26,127 bases of DNA, taken from NCBI GenBank assembly GCA_044359815.1, contig JBIKLL010000033.1:1-26127 (forward strand). The letters run 5' to 3'. This document shows, piece by piece, positions 7,763 to 17,730 of this stretch. Origin of the DNA: Pseudobdellovibrionaceae bacterium. GTDB taxonomy: Bacteria > Bdellovibrionota > Bdellovibrionia > Bdellovibrionales > Bdellovibrionaceae. Position 1 is the stretch's first letter, and each line of letters starts with the position of its first letter. The position numbers and the translations under genes are program-made. Under the pieces are notes generated by a model. That model did no database searches, was not told the origin of the DNA, and saw only the letters and a list, made by a program, of their open reading frames with translations.

Positions 7763-9733
7763 ATGTCTTTTTTAAAAATCGTTTTAGTTGCAGTGTTTGC
7801 ATCGGTAACAGCTCATGCGGAACTTCAGTGCCGCTATATCAATGCGATTGAACAGTATTTTCTGACTCAGCACATTCGATTCAGCCAGATGGATAAAACT
7901 TTACAAGAAAGAGTTGTCGATCAGTACATTAAATACCTGGATCCTACAAAAATTTATTTTCTGAAATCAGACGTAGACGCTATTAAAAAAAATATGTCAG
8001 ACCTGTTTGGGAAAATCAGCGCTAAAGACTGTGGGCCACTGGATGAAGCCCAAAAGTTGCTACTGACCAGGGTAAAAGAACGTGCTGAGTTTGCTAAATC
8101 AATACTGCGAAAAGGATATAAATTTGATAAGTCTGTAGAAATAAATTTTGATGTGGACCATCGTCCTCACCCAGCCAGCACAGACGATGCAAATGCTTTT
8201 ATTAGAAAGTATGTGCACTTTCAGGTTTCAAATTATTTGCTGACTGACATCAAGCAAGATGAAGCTGTAAAAAATGTCGAAAAAAATTGGGACAGAACAA
8301 TTAAACGGATTCAAGATATAAAATCAGACTTGCTTTACAGCAATTATTTGGATGCTTTTGCTAGAGCCTTAGATCCTCATTCGAGCTATTTTTCAAAGGA
8401 CGCTCTAGAAGATTTTGAAATTCAAATGAATCTGTCGCTGGAAGGAATCGGAGCCACTCTGTCGTCTCAGGATGGCTTTACGGTTGTTGAAGCATTGGTT
8501 GCAGGTGGATCGGCCTCTAAGTCTGGACAATTGCAGCCGCAAGATAAAATCATTGCAGTGGCCCAAGGTGACAAGGGTGCCATGGAAACCGTGATGGAAA
8601 TGGATCTTCGCGATGTAGTTCGAAAAATCCGAGGAGAAAAAGGCACAAAAGTTAGATTGTCAGTTTTAAGGAAAGAAAAAGAAGGCGTTAAGAAGTTCGA
8701 AGTGGTTTTGGTCAGAGATAAAATCACTCTGGAAGACGACGCTGCTTCAATTCTGTATGTTGATAAAGAAATCAACGGCGCTAAAAAGAAAATCGCAGTT
8801 TTGAACCTTCCTTCTTTTTACGCAAGCTCCAAACGCGGTGAAAGATCATCGGCCAATGATGTTAAAAAGTTGCTGGTTGAAGCACGAAATAACAAAGCCG
8901 ATGGTTTGGTTTTGGATTTGTCTAACAACGGCGGGGGCAGCTTAGAAGATGCTGTTAAGCTGGCGGGTTTATTTTTTCAAGTCGGAAACGTAGTTAAACA
9001 AAGTGGCCGAGACGATCGTAAAGACGTGAACACGTTGAAAGATTCTGATCCTATGGTTGATTGGTCAGGACCGTTAGTGGTTTTAACGTCCAGAATTTCT
9101 GCCAGTGCCTCTGAAATTGTCGCTGGTACATTACAAGATTATAAGCGAGCAGTGATTGTTGGTAATGATCACACTTTTGGTAAAGGCAGCGTTCAATCTG
9201 TGATGCCAATTCCTCAAGATTTAGGCGCAATCAAGGTGACTGTAGGAATGTTTTTTACACCGGGTGGGGATTCAACCCAACATAAAGGAGTTGATTCAGA
9301 CGTGGTGATCCCAGGTCCTTACACTCAGGATGATATCGGTGAAAAAGGATTGGATTATTCTTTGCCGCCTAAAAAGATCGACACCTTTGTCAGCCTGGAA
9401 GCTTCGGTCAAGGAAGGGCCTCAAGCGTGGAAACCAGTTGCTACAGATTGGATCCGATTGTTAGCGGATAAATCAAAAGCCAGAGTCGATAAAAATGAAG
9501 AATTCAAAAAAATTATTGAAGAAAACAAACAAACAGCCGCAAAAAACAAAATTTTTAAATTGAGCGAGGCCGGCAAAGATAAAGAAAAAAAGGAAAAGGC
9601 TAAAGCAATCCTGAGAGCCTCTAAAGAAGAAAAAAACAAAGAATATTTAAAGCGAGTTGACGTCAACGAATCAGTTAATGTGATGATGGATTTGATCACT
9701 GTAGTGGGTGGGCAGACACTGACTAAAAACTAA
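7763..9733 (+). CDS. prc: Carboxy-terminal processing (tail-specific) protease, S41A family with PDZ domain
   Basis: Signal peptide ending AHA from ATG 7763; LDPHSSYF, LEGIGA, DLSNNGGGSL, catalytic SASASE and TFGKGSVQ. Confidence 0.93.
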   Translation: MSFLKIVLVAVFASVTAHAELQCRYINAIEQYFLTQHIRFSQMDKTLQERVVDQYIKYLDPTKIYFLKSDVDAIKKNMSDLFGKISAKDCGPLDEAQKLLLTRVKERAEFAKSILRKGYKFDKSVEINFDVDHRPHPASTDDANAFIRKYVHFQVSNYLLTDIKQDEAVKNVEKNWDRTIKRIQDIKSDLLYSNYLDAFARALDPHSSYFSKDALEDFEIQMNLSLEGIGATLSSQDGFTVVEALVAGGSASKSGQLQPQDKIIAVAQGDKGAMETVMEMDLRDVVRKIRGEKGTKVRLSVLRKEKEGVKKFEVVLVRDKITLEDDAASILYVDKEINGAKKKIAVLNLPSFYASSKRGERSSANDVKKLLVEARNNKADGLVLDLSNNGGGSLEDAVKLAGLFFQVGNVVKQSGRDDRKDVNTLKDSDPMVDWSGPLVVLTSRISASASEIVAGTLQDYKRAVIVGNDHTFGKGSVQSVMPIPQDLGAIKVTVGMFFTPGGDSTQHKGVDSDVVIPGPYTQDDIGEKGLDYSLPPKKIDTFVSLEASVKEGPQAWKPVATDWIRLLADKSKARVDKNEEFKKIIEENKQTAAKNKIFKLSEAGKDKEKKEKAKAILRASKEEKNKEYLKRVDVNESVNVMMDLITVVGGQTLTKN

Positions 9734-9745
9734 AAGGAATTTTTA

Positions 9746-10816
9746 ATGAAAGCTTTTTTGATCGGGATTTTAAGTTGTGGGTTGAGCCTAAATTTGTATG
9801 CAAGCTTTGGGTTTTCTAAGGCTGATTTGATTATGCAAGAATACGGCAGGGCAAAAACCACAGCAGAGTTTGTTAAAGCTTTAACAAAAAAAATGGATCC
9901 GGTCGATGCCGAGCACACAGAGGCGCTGTTGGCTAAATCAAAACTTCCTGCTGAAAAAGCAAAATTGGCTTTTGAGAATAAGGTTTTTTCAATTGTAAAT
10001 GGATTTAAAAAATCGACATTGGATGTAGCTCAGGGGTCAGAAGGGGTTTTCAAGATTAACGGAAAGCCAGTGTATTTTTCAATCAGCACTAGCCCCAAGA
10101 TCAGATTTAAGAAAATCCAGAATTTGCTGAATGCAAAAACAGCCATGACTCTGTTTGTTCAGCCTGCTTTTGCGGAAGCTTCTTTGGAGATCGGTCTGGA
10201 GCAAATTCTGTTTAACACAATTGTTGATTTGTATTATTCCGAAACCAAAAGACCTGATGTTAAGCCAGAAGGCCTGAATGACTCTGCCTGCAATGAAAGG
10301 GTCAATAAAATTTATTCAGATCTAAAAATGTGGCTGGGAAAGGGTGACAACCCTTTTATGCAATGTACTTCAGGTCAAATGACTGTCCAGTTAAGGTCAG
10401 CGGAACCATTTGAAGAAAGAACGACAATAACTGTCAAAGCTGATAGTGTCCGCGTGAATTCTGAAGTCAGTGATAGCAATTTAATTGCTGGGAATAAAAA
10501 TTTCAAAGCCAGCAACAGTAAGTGCACCGACATGGTTTATGCCAAAAAATCAAATAACTTTGGGCTGAGTTGGACCGATGCGGGTCGTTTCGAGGATACA
10601 TGTTCGCCGCAAGGGGAAGGTCCCTCAAAGCTGTTGTTTGAAAGATTCAAGGCACTGCATGAGTCTTCTATCGTTGGATTTTGCAGTCAGCTGAATGATC
10701 CCTGCGTGGTCGCGTTTAACAAAGCCTGGAGCTCCTTTAATCCAAACGCTAAGGGAGTAATTAAAGATGCTCCGACTTCCACTCAGCCTGGTAAGGGTAT
10801 TTCAGACAAAAAATAA
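9746..10816 (+). CDS. Secreted hypothetical protein with Cys-containing C-terminal domain
   Basis: 356-aa ORF 12 nt after prc, SD AAGGA, signal peptide ending LYA; no family recognised. Confidence 0.8.
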   Translation: MKAFLIGILSCGLSLNLYASFGFSKADLIMQEYGRAKTTAEFVKALTKKMDPVDAEHTEALLAKSKLPAEKAKLAFENKVFSIVNGFKKSTLDVAQGSEGVFKINGKPVYFSISTSPKIRFKKIQNLLNAKTAMTLFVQPAFAEASLEIGLEQILFNTIVDLYYSETKRPDVKPEGLNDSACNERVNKIYSDLKMWLGKGDNPFMQCTSGQMTVQLRSAEPFEERTTITVKADSVRVNSEVSDSNLIAGNKNFKASNSKCTDMVYAKKSNNFGLSWTDAGRFEDTCSPQGEGPSKLLFERFKALHESSIVGFCSQLNDPCVVAFNKAWSSFNPNAKGVIKDAPTSTQPGKGISDKK

Positions 10817-10875
10817 CAAAATTTGAGGTTTCAAAGATTTAAAAAATTTGGTACCTCTAGCTTTGGAAAAAAAGC

Positions 10876-11973
10876 ATGATTCAAAAACATACAGCCAAAA
10901 AGAAATCCAAAGTGCAACCTGCCGTAAAGGCCAAAAAACCTGTTGCGAAAACTACTAATGGTTCCAGCAAGCAAAGTTCTTCAAAAAAATTAAGCGAAGA
11001 GTTATTGCTTCAAATGCACGATCTGATGGTTAAATCCAGAGTGCTGGAAGACCGATTGATCAAAGTCTACAAAGCAGGAGATGCTTATTTTTGGATAGGT
11101 GGTCCCGGGGAAGAGGCTTGGGGAGTCCCACTGGGTCTTCTGGGAAAGATTGGCCAGGGGCCCGAAAATGATTATTGGCATTTACATTACAGGTGCACAC
11201 CCACATTGATTGCTATGGGCATGCCCATGATTGATTCAATCAGACTGATTATGAACAAGGCCACTGATACATCCACTGGCGGTCGTAATTTTTCAAATCA
11301 CTATTGCTATCCAAAATGGAATGTCGTTCCTGTTTCTTCTCCGATTGAAGTTCAATATGTGCACGCATTGGGAACTGCCCATGTTCAAAAACGTCATGGT
11401 AAAAAAGCAATCACCATAGTTTCTGGTGGTGATGCGGGAACTGCAGAAGGTGATTTTGCCAGCAGTTTGATTTGGTCGTCTCGTAAAGGCAATGAACTGC
11501 CTATGTTGATAACTGTGCAGAATAATCTTTGGGGGATTTCGACGTCCTTTGAGGGGCAACACGGCGAAAGCTTTATTGCAGACCGGGCAAAGGCTTTTAA
11601 TATTAGGTCTATCGTAATTGATGGCAATGATCCGGTTGAGAGCTACTTAAAGATAAAAGAATCCATGGATTATATCAGGGATACGGGAAAGCCTGCATTT
11701 ATCGAAGCCAGGGTTTCCAGACTGTATGGTCATTCATCGGCTACAGGTGCAAATCTGGTGGGCCAAGAATCTGATTGTTTAAAAAATTTCGAAAAATCTT
11801 TATTGCAGCAGGGAGTGATTTCAGAAAATTCTGTGAAATCAGTTTATGAAAAATATGAAGAAGAAGGCTTTCAAGCTCAGCAACTGGTCAGGTCAGAATT
11901 ACCACCGGAAGCAGTCAGTGTTTGGGATCATATTTTTGCAAACAATGAAAATGGCGATTGGAGAAAATTCTAA
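10876..11973 (+). CDS. TPP-dependent 2-oxoacid dehydrogenase E1 alpha subunit (probably branched-chain type)
   Basis: HYR, TPP-motif variant GDAGTAEGDF...VQNN, IDGNDP, RLYGHSS. Confidence 0.9.
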   Translation: MIQKHTAKKKSKVQPAVKAKKPVAKTTNGSSKQSSSKKLSEELLLQMHDLMVKSRVLEDRLIKVYKAGDAYFWIGGPGEEAWGVPLGLLGKIGQGPENDYWHLHYRCTPTLIAMGMPMIDSIRLIMNKATDTSTGGRNFSNHYCYPKWNVVPVSSPIEVQYVHALGTAHVQKRHGKKAITIVSGGDAGTAEGDFASSLIWSSRKGNELPMLITVQNNLWGISTSFEGQHGESFIADRAKAFNIRSIVIDGNDPVESYLKIKESMDYIRDTGKPAFIEARVSRLYGHSSATGANLVGQESDCLKNFEKSLLQQGVISENSVKSVYEKYEEEGFQAQQLVRSELPPEAVSVWDHIFANNENGDWRKF

Positions 11974-13028
11974 TGGCTAATATGGCTCAAGCGATAAGAA
12001 TGGCATTACACTATGGTGAAACTCACTTGGACGTTAAGGATATTTTTGGTCAAGACGTAGGCGCGCCACTGGGTGGAGTATTTACTGCGACTCAGGGGTT
12101 GAAAACATCTTGGAATGCACCTTTGGATGAGCGTGGAATTATCGGAATGGCCACAGGCATTGCGATGACAGGTGAGCGTTGCGTGGCCGAAATTCAATTT
12201 TGTGATTACATTTTTAATACAATGGATTTGCTGAAAATTGCTGGGAACACTCATTGGGTTTCTAATGGCAATTATTCTGTGCCATTAGTTGTGATGACTC
12301 CTGTGGGTGCTGGCATTCGTGGATCAGTTTATCATTCGCATTCCTTTGAATCTTGGGCTTCCAGATTACCGGGCTGGAAGGTCGTAATGCCTGCTACGCC
12401 CATTGATGCTTATGGATTGTTGATTTCTGCAATCAAAGACCCTAACCCAGTTTTATTTTTAAAACCCAAAGCTTTGATGAGGGTAAAGGGTGATGAACTG
12501 ATCCCAGGTGAGCCTGAAAATGAAAAAGAACTAAAAAATATGATCGATGCTCCGATTGGTGATCGAAGCCAGTGGTCCCCAAAATGGCCAAAGCTTGGTG
12601 AATATGAAACGCCAATTGGTAAGGCCAAGATCACTCGTGAAGGTTCTGACATCACAGTGTTGTCATGGGGTCGACATTTATTAATTTGTAATCAGATTGC
12701 TGATCAATTGAAGGATCAGGGCATATCGGTTGAAGTTTTGGATTTAAGATCAATCATTCCCTATGACTGGAGCGCGATAAAAAATTCGGTGGAAAAGACT
12801 CAGAGGGTTTTAGTTGTGAACGAAGACACTGAACTGACAAATTTTGGTGAACATTTGGTTTACCGAATAACAACTGAATTATTTTATCATTTATTGGCCA
12901 GGCCCATGGTTTTAGCGGGCAAACATCTGCCTGGTATTGGGCTTCATCCGAATCTAGAAGACGCCAGTGTGCCACAACCCCATGATATCGAAGCGGCTAT
13001 CAAAAATATCGTTTCTGAAATTCCATAA
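11973..13028 (+). CDS. 2-oxoacid dehydrogenase E1 beta subunit
   Basis: TAATG stop/start overlap at 11971-75; FGQDVG..GGVF, PLDERGIIG, EIQFCDY, HSHSFE, VEVLDLRS. Confidence 0.92.
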   Translation: MANMAQAIRMALHYGETHLDVKDIFGQDVGAPLGGVFTATQGLKTSWNAPLDERGIIGMATGIAMTGERCVAEIQFCDYIFNTMDLLKIAGNTHWVSNGNYSVPLVVMTPVGAGIRGSVYHSHSFESWASRLPGWKVVMPATPIDAYGLLISAIKDPNPVLFLKPKALMRVKGDELIPGEPENEKELKNMIDAPIGDRSQWSPKWPKLGEYETPIGKAKITREGSDITVLSWGRHLLICNQIADQLKDQGISVEVLDLRSIIPYDWSAIKNSVEKTQRVLVVNEDTELTNFGEHLVYRITTELFYHLLARPMVLAGKHLPGIGLHPNLEDASVPQPHDIEAAIKNIVSEIP

Positions 13029-13078
13029 TAAAATCCTTTAAGATTATTCTGAGAAATTTCACAATAGACATTTCTGAT

Positions 13079-13609
13079 TTATTTTTTTGCGTATGACTTT
13101 AGTTGTTCCATCGTAAAAAGTGCTTTGAATGTTAAGCCCTCTTTCATCAAAGCTTCTTGTTTACCTTGAGTTCGATCTATGATGGCTAAAACTGTTGTGA
13201 TGTGAGCCCCAATGTTTCTGAGATCTCTGGTCGATAGCAGGACTTGGCCGCCAGTTGATACCACGTCTTCGATAACTAAAACATTTTTCCCAGCAACTGG
13301 CGAGCCTTCACAAAACTGGCAAGTGCCGTAATCCTTGGGTTCTTTCCGAACAAAGGCCATGGGGATTCCTGTTTCCAAGCTTAAAGCTGTCGCTATGGGG
13401 ACTCCGCCCAATTCTAATCCTGCAATCACCTGTGTATCGTTAGGTATCAGTGGTGCTAAATGTTTAGCTATGGCTTTCAGCAACTGAGGTTGGGCTTCAA
13501 ACCTGTATTTATCAAAATACTCGTTACTGACCGAGCCCGACCTAAGTCTGAATTCACCTCTTAAATAACAGATATTGTAAATAGCCTCTGCCAACTGAGA
13601 ATGATTCAT
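13079..13609 (-). CDS. pyrE: Orotate phosphoribosyltransferase
   Basis: GEFRLRSG..S.EYFD, VRKEPKDYG, PRPP motif VIEDVVSTGG; start placed at ATG 13609 after AAGGGG. Confidence 0.95.
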   Translation of the reverse strand: MNHSQLAEAIYNICYLRGEFRLRSGSVSNEYFDKYRFEAQPQLLKAIAKHLAPLIPNDTQVIAGLELGGVPIATALSLETGIPMAFVRKEPKDYGTCQFCEGSPVAGKNVLVIEDVVSTGGQVLLSTRDLRNIGAHITTVLAIIDRTQGKQEALMKEGLTFKALFTMEQLKSYAKK

Positions 13610-13650
13610 AAGACACCGCCCCTTCAGGTTACCAAGTGACACCAAAATTA

Positions 13651-13666
13651 AGGCATAATTTATGCT
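13651..13666 (+). promoter_or_regulatory. Putative sigma54 (-24/-12) promoter
   Basis: aGGCATaatttATGCt: GG(13652-53)-N10-GC(13664-65), pointing at the small ORF at 13728. Confidence 0.5.
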
Positions 13667-13727
13667 TTATCAAACCTAATAGGGGCATGTTGAGGTTCTT
13701 TTTGCATCCACGGTAGGTAAGGGCATA

Positions 13728-13892
13728 TTGGGACTGATTAAAAATAAATCAAAAGAACAATCTGATGGATTGTTCGGAATGTTTGTTATTTTAGTCGCGC
13801 TGACTTTTGCCTTTGCATTGGGCATGAAGTGGGCACTGCTGACCGAGCCAAAAGATTATTCCCCCACCACCATCGAAGTCCAAAAACCATAG
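13728..13892 (+). CDS. Small single-pass membrane protein (54 aa), below the ORF-track cut-off
   Basis: TTG start after AGGTAAGGG; MGLIKNKSKEQSDGLFGMFVILVALTFAFALGMKWALLTEPKDYSPTTIEVQKP; fills an otherwise empty gap. Confidence 0.6.
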   Translation: MGLIKNKSKEQSDGLFGMFVILVALTFAFALGMKWALLTEPKDYSPTTIEVQKP

Positions 13893-13896
13893 TTTT

Positions 13897-13918
13897 AAAA
13901 TTGCGTCACCCAACGCAA
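13897..13918 (-). terminator. Possible intrinsic terminator downstream of the CNNM gene
   Basis: Minus strand TTGCGT-tgggtg-ACGCAA followed by TTTT; short stem. Confidence 0.35.
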
Positions 13919-13976
13919 AAAACCAGAATAGTGAAATTATTTTTGCTGTACCCATGCGCTAGCAGTCCCGAAAAAC

Positions 13977-15014
13977 TCAAGATTTTCTAAACTGCTGGCG
14001 CCTGATTTGCCATTGATCCAAAGCGTATTGGCGCATGTCGGTTATGTTGTCCAGCTCATCAACGATCTCGACACCTAACAGTGTTTCAATGGCATCTTCT
14101 AAGGTCACTATGCCGGTGATCACTCCGTATTCGTCGACAGCCAACAACAAATGTTGTTTGAGTTTTAAAAACAAATCAATAACAGCAGCTACAGTGGTGC
14201 GTTCAGGGACTGACTGCACAGGGACGATAAGGTCCTTCAATGGTTTTTCCCAGGCATCATGAGCCGCAGAATCAAAAATCTTCCATCTGTGAACCAATCC
14301 AATAATATGATCCAAATTAGATTCATAAACTGGAATTCGCGAAAATCGAACGGGTCTGTATTTATCAATGATTTGTTCGACCGTCATATTTGAATCCAGC
14401 GCAAATACAACTGACCTGGGTGTCATAATGTCAGACACATACATATTATTAAGCATCAGCAGATTTTTGATAATCGTTGATTCTTTTTTGTGTAAAGTTC
14501 CATCATCTACGCCGATTTCAGCAGTCATAATGACTTCTTCACGGGTGACTTGGACATCTTTAGCTTCGCCCAATAAGTTGGAAGCTATTTCAGTCAACCT
14601 GACTATAGGAAACAAACTAAAAATCATTAACTGAATCGAATAAGCGGCAAAGGGAGCCAATTGTTTCCAATAAGAAGCGCCCAGGATTTTCGGAATAATT
14701 TCTGCAATGATTAAAATTGAAAATGTCAGCACAATCGATGTTGCTGTTAAGGCAACGCTACCAAACTGTTCGTGGGCCAATGCTCCGATGGCCGAGGATC
14801 CCGCGGTGTTCACAATAGTGTTCATTGTCAGAATGGCTGAAATAGGACGGTTAATATTGTCTTTCAGATGAGCTAATAATTTACCTGATTTGCGGTTTTC
14901 TTTAACCGAGAGTGCCACATAGGTGGGAGTGATAGATAAAAATACAGCTTCCAACAATGAACAGAAAAAAGAAATGGAGCAAACCAAAATTAAAAGGCCG
15001 ACAATAAGGGTCAT
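13977..15014 (-). CDS. CNNM (DUF21) plus CBS-pair membrane protein, CorB/HlyC-like
   Basis: SFFCSLLEA, AEIIPK, VSDIMTPR, FSRIPVY, VDEYG...GIVTLEDAIETLLG.EIVDE; no CorC C-terminal domain. Confidence 0.93.
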   Translation of the reverse strand: MTLIVGLLILVCSISFFCSLLEAVFLSITPTYVALSVKENRKSGKLLAHLKDNINRPISAILTMNTIVNTAGSSAIGALAHEQFGSVALTATSIVLTFSILIIAEIIPKILGASYWKQLAPFAAYSIQLMIFSLFPIVRLTEIASNLLGEAKDVQVTREEVIMTAEIGVDDGTLHKKESTIIKNLLMLNNMYVSDIMTPRSVVFALDSNMTVEQIIDKYRPVRFSRIPVYESNLDHIIGLVHRWKIFDSAAHDAWEKPLKDLIVPVQSVPERTTVAAVIDLFLKLKQHLLLAVDEYGVITGIVTLEDAIETLLGVEIVDELDNITDMRQYALDQWQIRRQQFRKS

Positions 15015-15025
15015 TTAGATTGTGA

Positions 15026-15484
15026 TTACTTTATCTTGTTCAGATACATTACGCCACTATCAACAATGCGGGTCACCCCATCACAAGGTTCACTAGGTGT
15101 GCATAAACGATCATTTAAAATTTCAACGTTTAAGCGGAGTGTGTTTAAAAACAAATCACGTTCCCTAAGATTTTCTGTGTCAAAAACCAGTTTAAACTGA
15201 CCTACAACTTCTCCTTGCACGCTGATGCGACCACTGTCCAGTTTTCTGACTGTCATTCTGACTGTTTTTGCTGAAGGAGAGTCCTCAGTGATGACCCTAA
15301 AAAGGCCCTTGTATCGTCCTTTTTCTGAGTCCTCATATTTTTGAGACAAAAACATTTCCACACGGGTGTTTCGTCCACTTTCAAACTCAATATTTCCACG
15401 GTAGTTAAGGCTTTTGGGTAAAGCCCCTGCAATAGCAGCAGATGACAATAAACTGAGCAGCAAAAATCTTAAAGCTGATTTCAT
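15026..15484 (-). CDS. Secreted hypothetical protein (152 aa)
   Basis: Start moved to ATG 15484 after GGAGG; signal peptide MKSALRFLLLSLLSSAAIA; CTPSEPC Cys pair. Confidence 0.8.
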   Translation of the reverse strand: MKSALRFLLLSLLSSAAIAGALPKSLNYRGNIEFESGRNTRVEMFLSQKYEDSEKGRYKGLFRVITEDSPSAKTVRMTVRKLDSGRISVQGEVVGQFKLVFDTENLRERDLFLNTLRLNVEILNDRLCTPSEPCDGVTRIVDSGVMYLNKIK

Positions 15485-15536
15485 AAACCCTCCATCCTTG
15501 TTAAAAAAGGCTACGAAGGGTTTAAACTTTAGGCAA

Positions 15537-17642
15537 CTATTTATTTTCGGCAGCTCTTTTTTCGGCGTATTTTTTAGCCAATTCGTCCTGGATATTTCTG
15601 GGAGCTTGCGCGTACCTTGAAAATTCCATAGAGAATTCGCCCTTACCCTTTGTTGCAGATCTGAGGTCAGTTGAATAACCAAACATTTCCGTCAATGGGA
15701 CTTCAGCCTCAATTGTCGCATTGCCTTCAATCGAAGTCGTATTTTGAATTACGCCCCTTCTTTGGTTGATTTGGCCAACAGCTGCGCCTTGATATTCTTC
15801 AGGGACAGTTGTTTCCAATTTCATCAAAGGCTCCAGCACTGTGGGTTTTGCTTTTTGATAAACTTCCCGCATAGCTGCCATAGAGCAAACCTTAAAGGCC
15901 ATATAACTTGAATCCACGTCATGGTAAGATCCGTCTTCCAGCATCACTTTTACGCCAACAATAGGAAATCCTATCAATGGGCCTTTTGCACATTGCTCTT
16001 CAAAACCTTCTTCAACAGCAGGAATAAATTCTCTTGGAATCCGTCCACCCACGACTTTGTTTTCAAACACAAAGGTTTCCGTTGAATCAGATGGAAGCGG
16101 CTCAATTTTACCAACCACTTTTGCAAACTGACCGGCACCACCAGTTTGTTTTTTATGAGTGTAATCATAGCTGGCGCCCTGACCAATAGTTTCCCTGTAA
16201 GCAACCTGTGGTTTACCAACGATAACTTCGCAGTTAAATTCTCGCTTCATTCGCTCAACGTAAATTTCTAAGTGAAGCTCACCCATGCCTGAAATAATTG
16301 TTTCAGCGGATTCTTCATCCCTGTGAACTCTAAAAGTTGGATCTTCTTTTCTGAATTTCTGAAGGGCCTTTGAAAAATTCGCAGCTCCCGATTTTTCTTT
16401 CGGAGCAACTGCCAAAGAAATCACAGCGTCAGGTACGTGCATTGATTGCATGGCAACGTTATAACCTTCATGAGCAAATGTATCACCCGAGGCACAGTCC
16501 ACACCAAACAAGGCAACGATGTCGCCGGCATAAGCTACGTCAAGGTCTTGCATTTTATCAGAGTGCATTCGAACCATTCTAGGGATTTTGATTTTTTCTT
16601 TTGTGGTCGTGTTGTAAATAAAATCACCTTTTGCCATTTTACCTTGGTAAACCCTCATGTAAGTCAATTGACCAAATGGTGTTACCTGTAATTTAAAAGC
16701 CAAGGCGCAAAGTTCTTTGTCTGAATCAGGAAACAATTCAAATTTTTCTTCGTTTTTATCCAGATTCAATGCGTGTTCTTTCTTTTCGTTTGGAGTCGGT
16801 AAATAAGCAACGACGGCATCTAATAAAGGTTGCACAGCTTTATTTTTAAAAGCTGAACCACAAAATACTGGAACCAGTTTCAAGGCAATCACGCCTTTTC
16901 GAATAGCTGCAGTGATTTCGGCTTCTGAGGGTGTTTCACCATTTAAAAATTTATCTCCAATTGAATCATCAATGTCCGCAAGCTTTTCAATCAGCTTTTG
17001 TCTGTATTCTTCAGCCTGTGCTTTAAGGTCCGCGGGGATTTCTTGAACAGATATTGTTTCACCGCTATCGCCTTCATTAATGTAGGCTTTCATTTTAACT
17101 AAATCGACGACACCTTTGTGCTGATCTTCAAGGCCAATTGGGATTTGAGCCATCACTGCATTCAGTCTCAGTTTTTCAACCAATGCGTCCTTTACCCTGA
17201 ATGGATTAGCACCTTGGCGGTCTAATTTATTTACAAACGCTAGGCGGGGAACACTGTATCGTTTCATCTGTCTGTCGACGGTAATAGATTGTGATTGAAC
17301 TCCAGCAACACCACAAAGAACCAAGATGGCTCCGTCCAAAACACGCAGAGATCTTTCAACCTCAATGGTGAAATCCACGTGCCCGGGTGTATCGATTAAG
17401 TTGATTGTATGATCATCCCAAGTCACCTGCGTAGCAGCTGATTGGATGGTGATTCCTTTTTCACGCTCTAGGTCCATCGAGTCCATCGTGGCACCCACTC
17501 CGTCCTTACCCTTAACTTCGTGAATGGCATGGATTTTACCACCGTAAAATAAAATACGTTCAGATAAAGTTGTTTTACCTGAGTCAATATGTGCTGAGAT
17601 TCCAATGTTTCTAACGGTGTTAATGTCCCAGTTTTTTGCCAT
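15537..17642 (-). CDS. fusA: Elongation factor G (stand-alone, spd/mitochondrial EF-G1-like)
   Basis: [58 protein letters not shown] 17642 after GAGGAG. Confidence 0.97.
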   Translation of the reverse strand: MAKNWDINTVRNIGISAHIDSGKTTLSERILFYGGKIHAIHEVKGKDGVGATMDSMDLEREKGITIQSAATQVTWDDHTINLIDTPGHVDFTIEVERSLRVLDGAILVLCGVAGVQSQSITVDRQMKRYSVPRLAFVNKLDRQGANPFRVKDALVEKLRLNAVMAQIPIGLEDQHKGVVDLVKMKAYINEGDSGETISVQEIPADLKAQAEEYRQKLIEKLADIDDSIGDKFLNGETPSEAEITAAIRKGVIALKLVPVFCGSAFKNKAVQPLLDAVVAYLPTPNEKKEHALNLDKNEEKFELFPDSDKELCALAFKLQVTPFGQLTYMRVYQGKMAKGDFIYNTTTKEKIKIPRMVRMHSDKMQDLDVAYAGDIVALFGVDCASGDTFAHEGYNVAMQSMHVPDAVISLAVAPKEKSGAANFSKALQKFRKEDPTFRVHRDEESAETIISGMGELHLEIYVERMKREFNCEVIVGKPQVAYRETIGQGASYDYTHKKQTGGAGQFAKVVGKIEPLPSDSTETFVFENKVVGGRIPREFIPAVEEGFEEQCAKGPLIGFPIVGVKVMLEDGSYHDVDSSYMAFKVCSMAAMREVYQKAKPTVLEPLMKLETTVPEEYQGAAVGQINQRRGVIQNTTSIEGNATIEAEVPLTEMFGYSTDLRSATKGKGEFSMEFSRYAQAPRNIQDELAKKYAEKRAAENK

Positions 17643-17730
17643 GAGCTCCTCTTTTTCTATTGTTAAAAAATGACTTATAGGAACTATCATGTAAGCTAGG
17701 GTCAGGCAAAAATTCCCTGGGGTTAGCGCG

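Noticed and set aside
15503..15531. FliA-like promoter before the 152-aa secreted protein
   Set aside because: -35 TAAAG is present but the -10 reads GCCTTTTT, lacking the CGA core.
15485..15682. Long overlap between the 218-aa ORF and fusA
   Set aside because: The likely start is ATG 15484 (SD GGAGG plus signal peptide), which removes the overlap.
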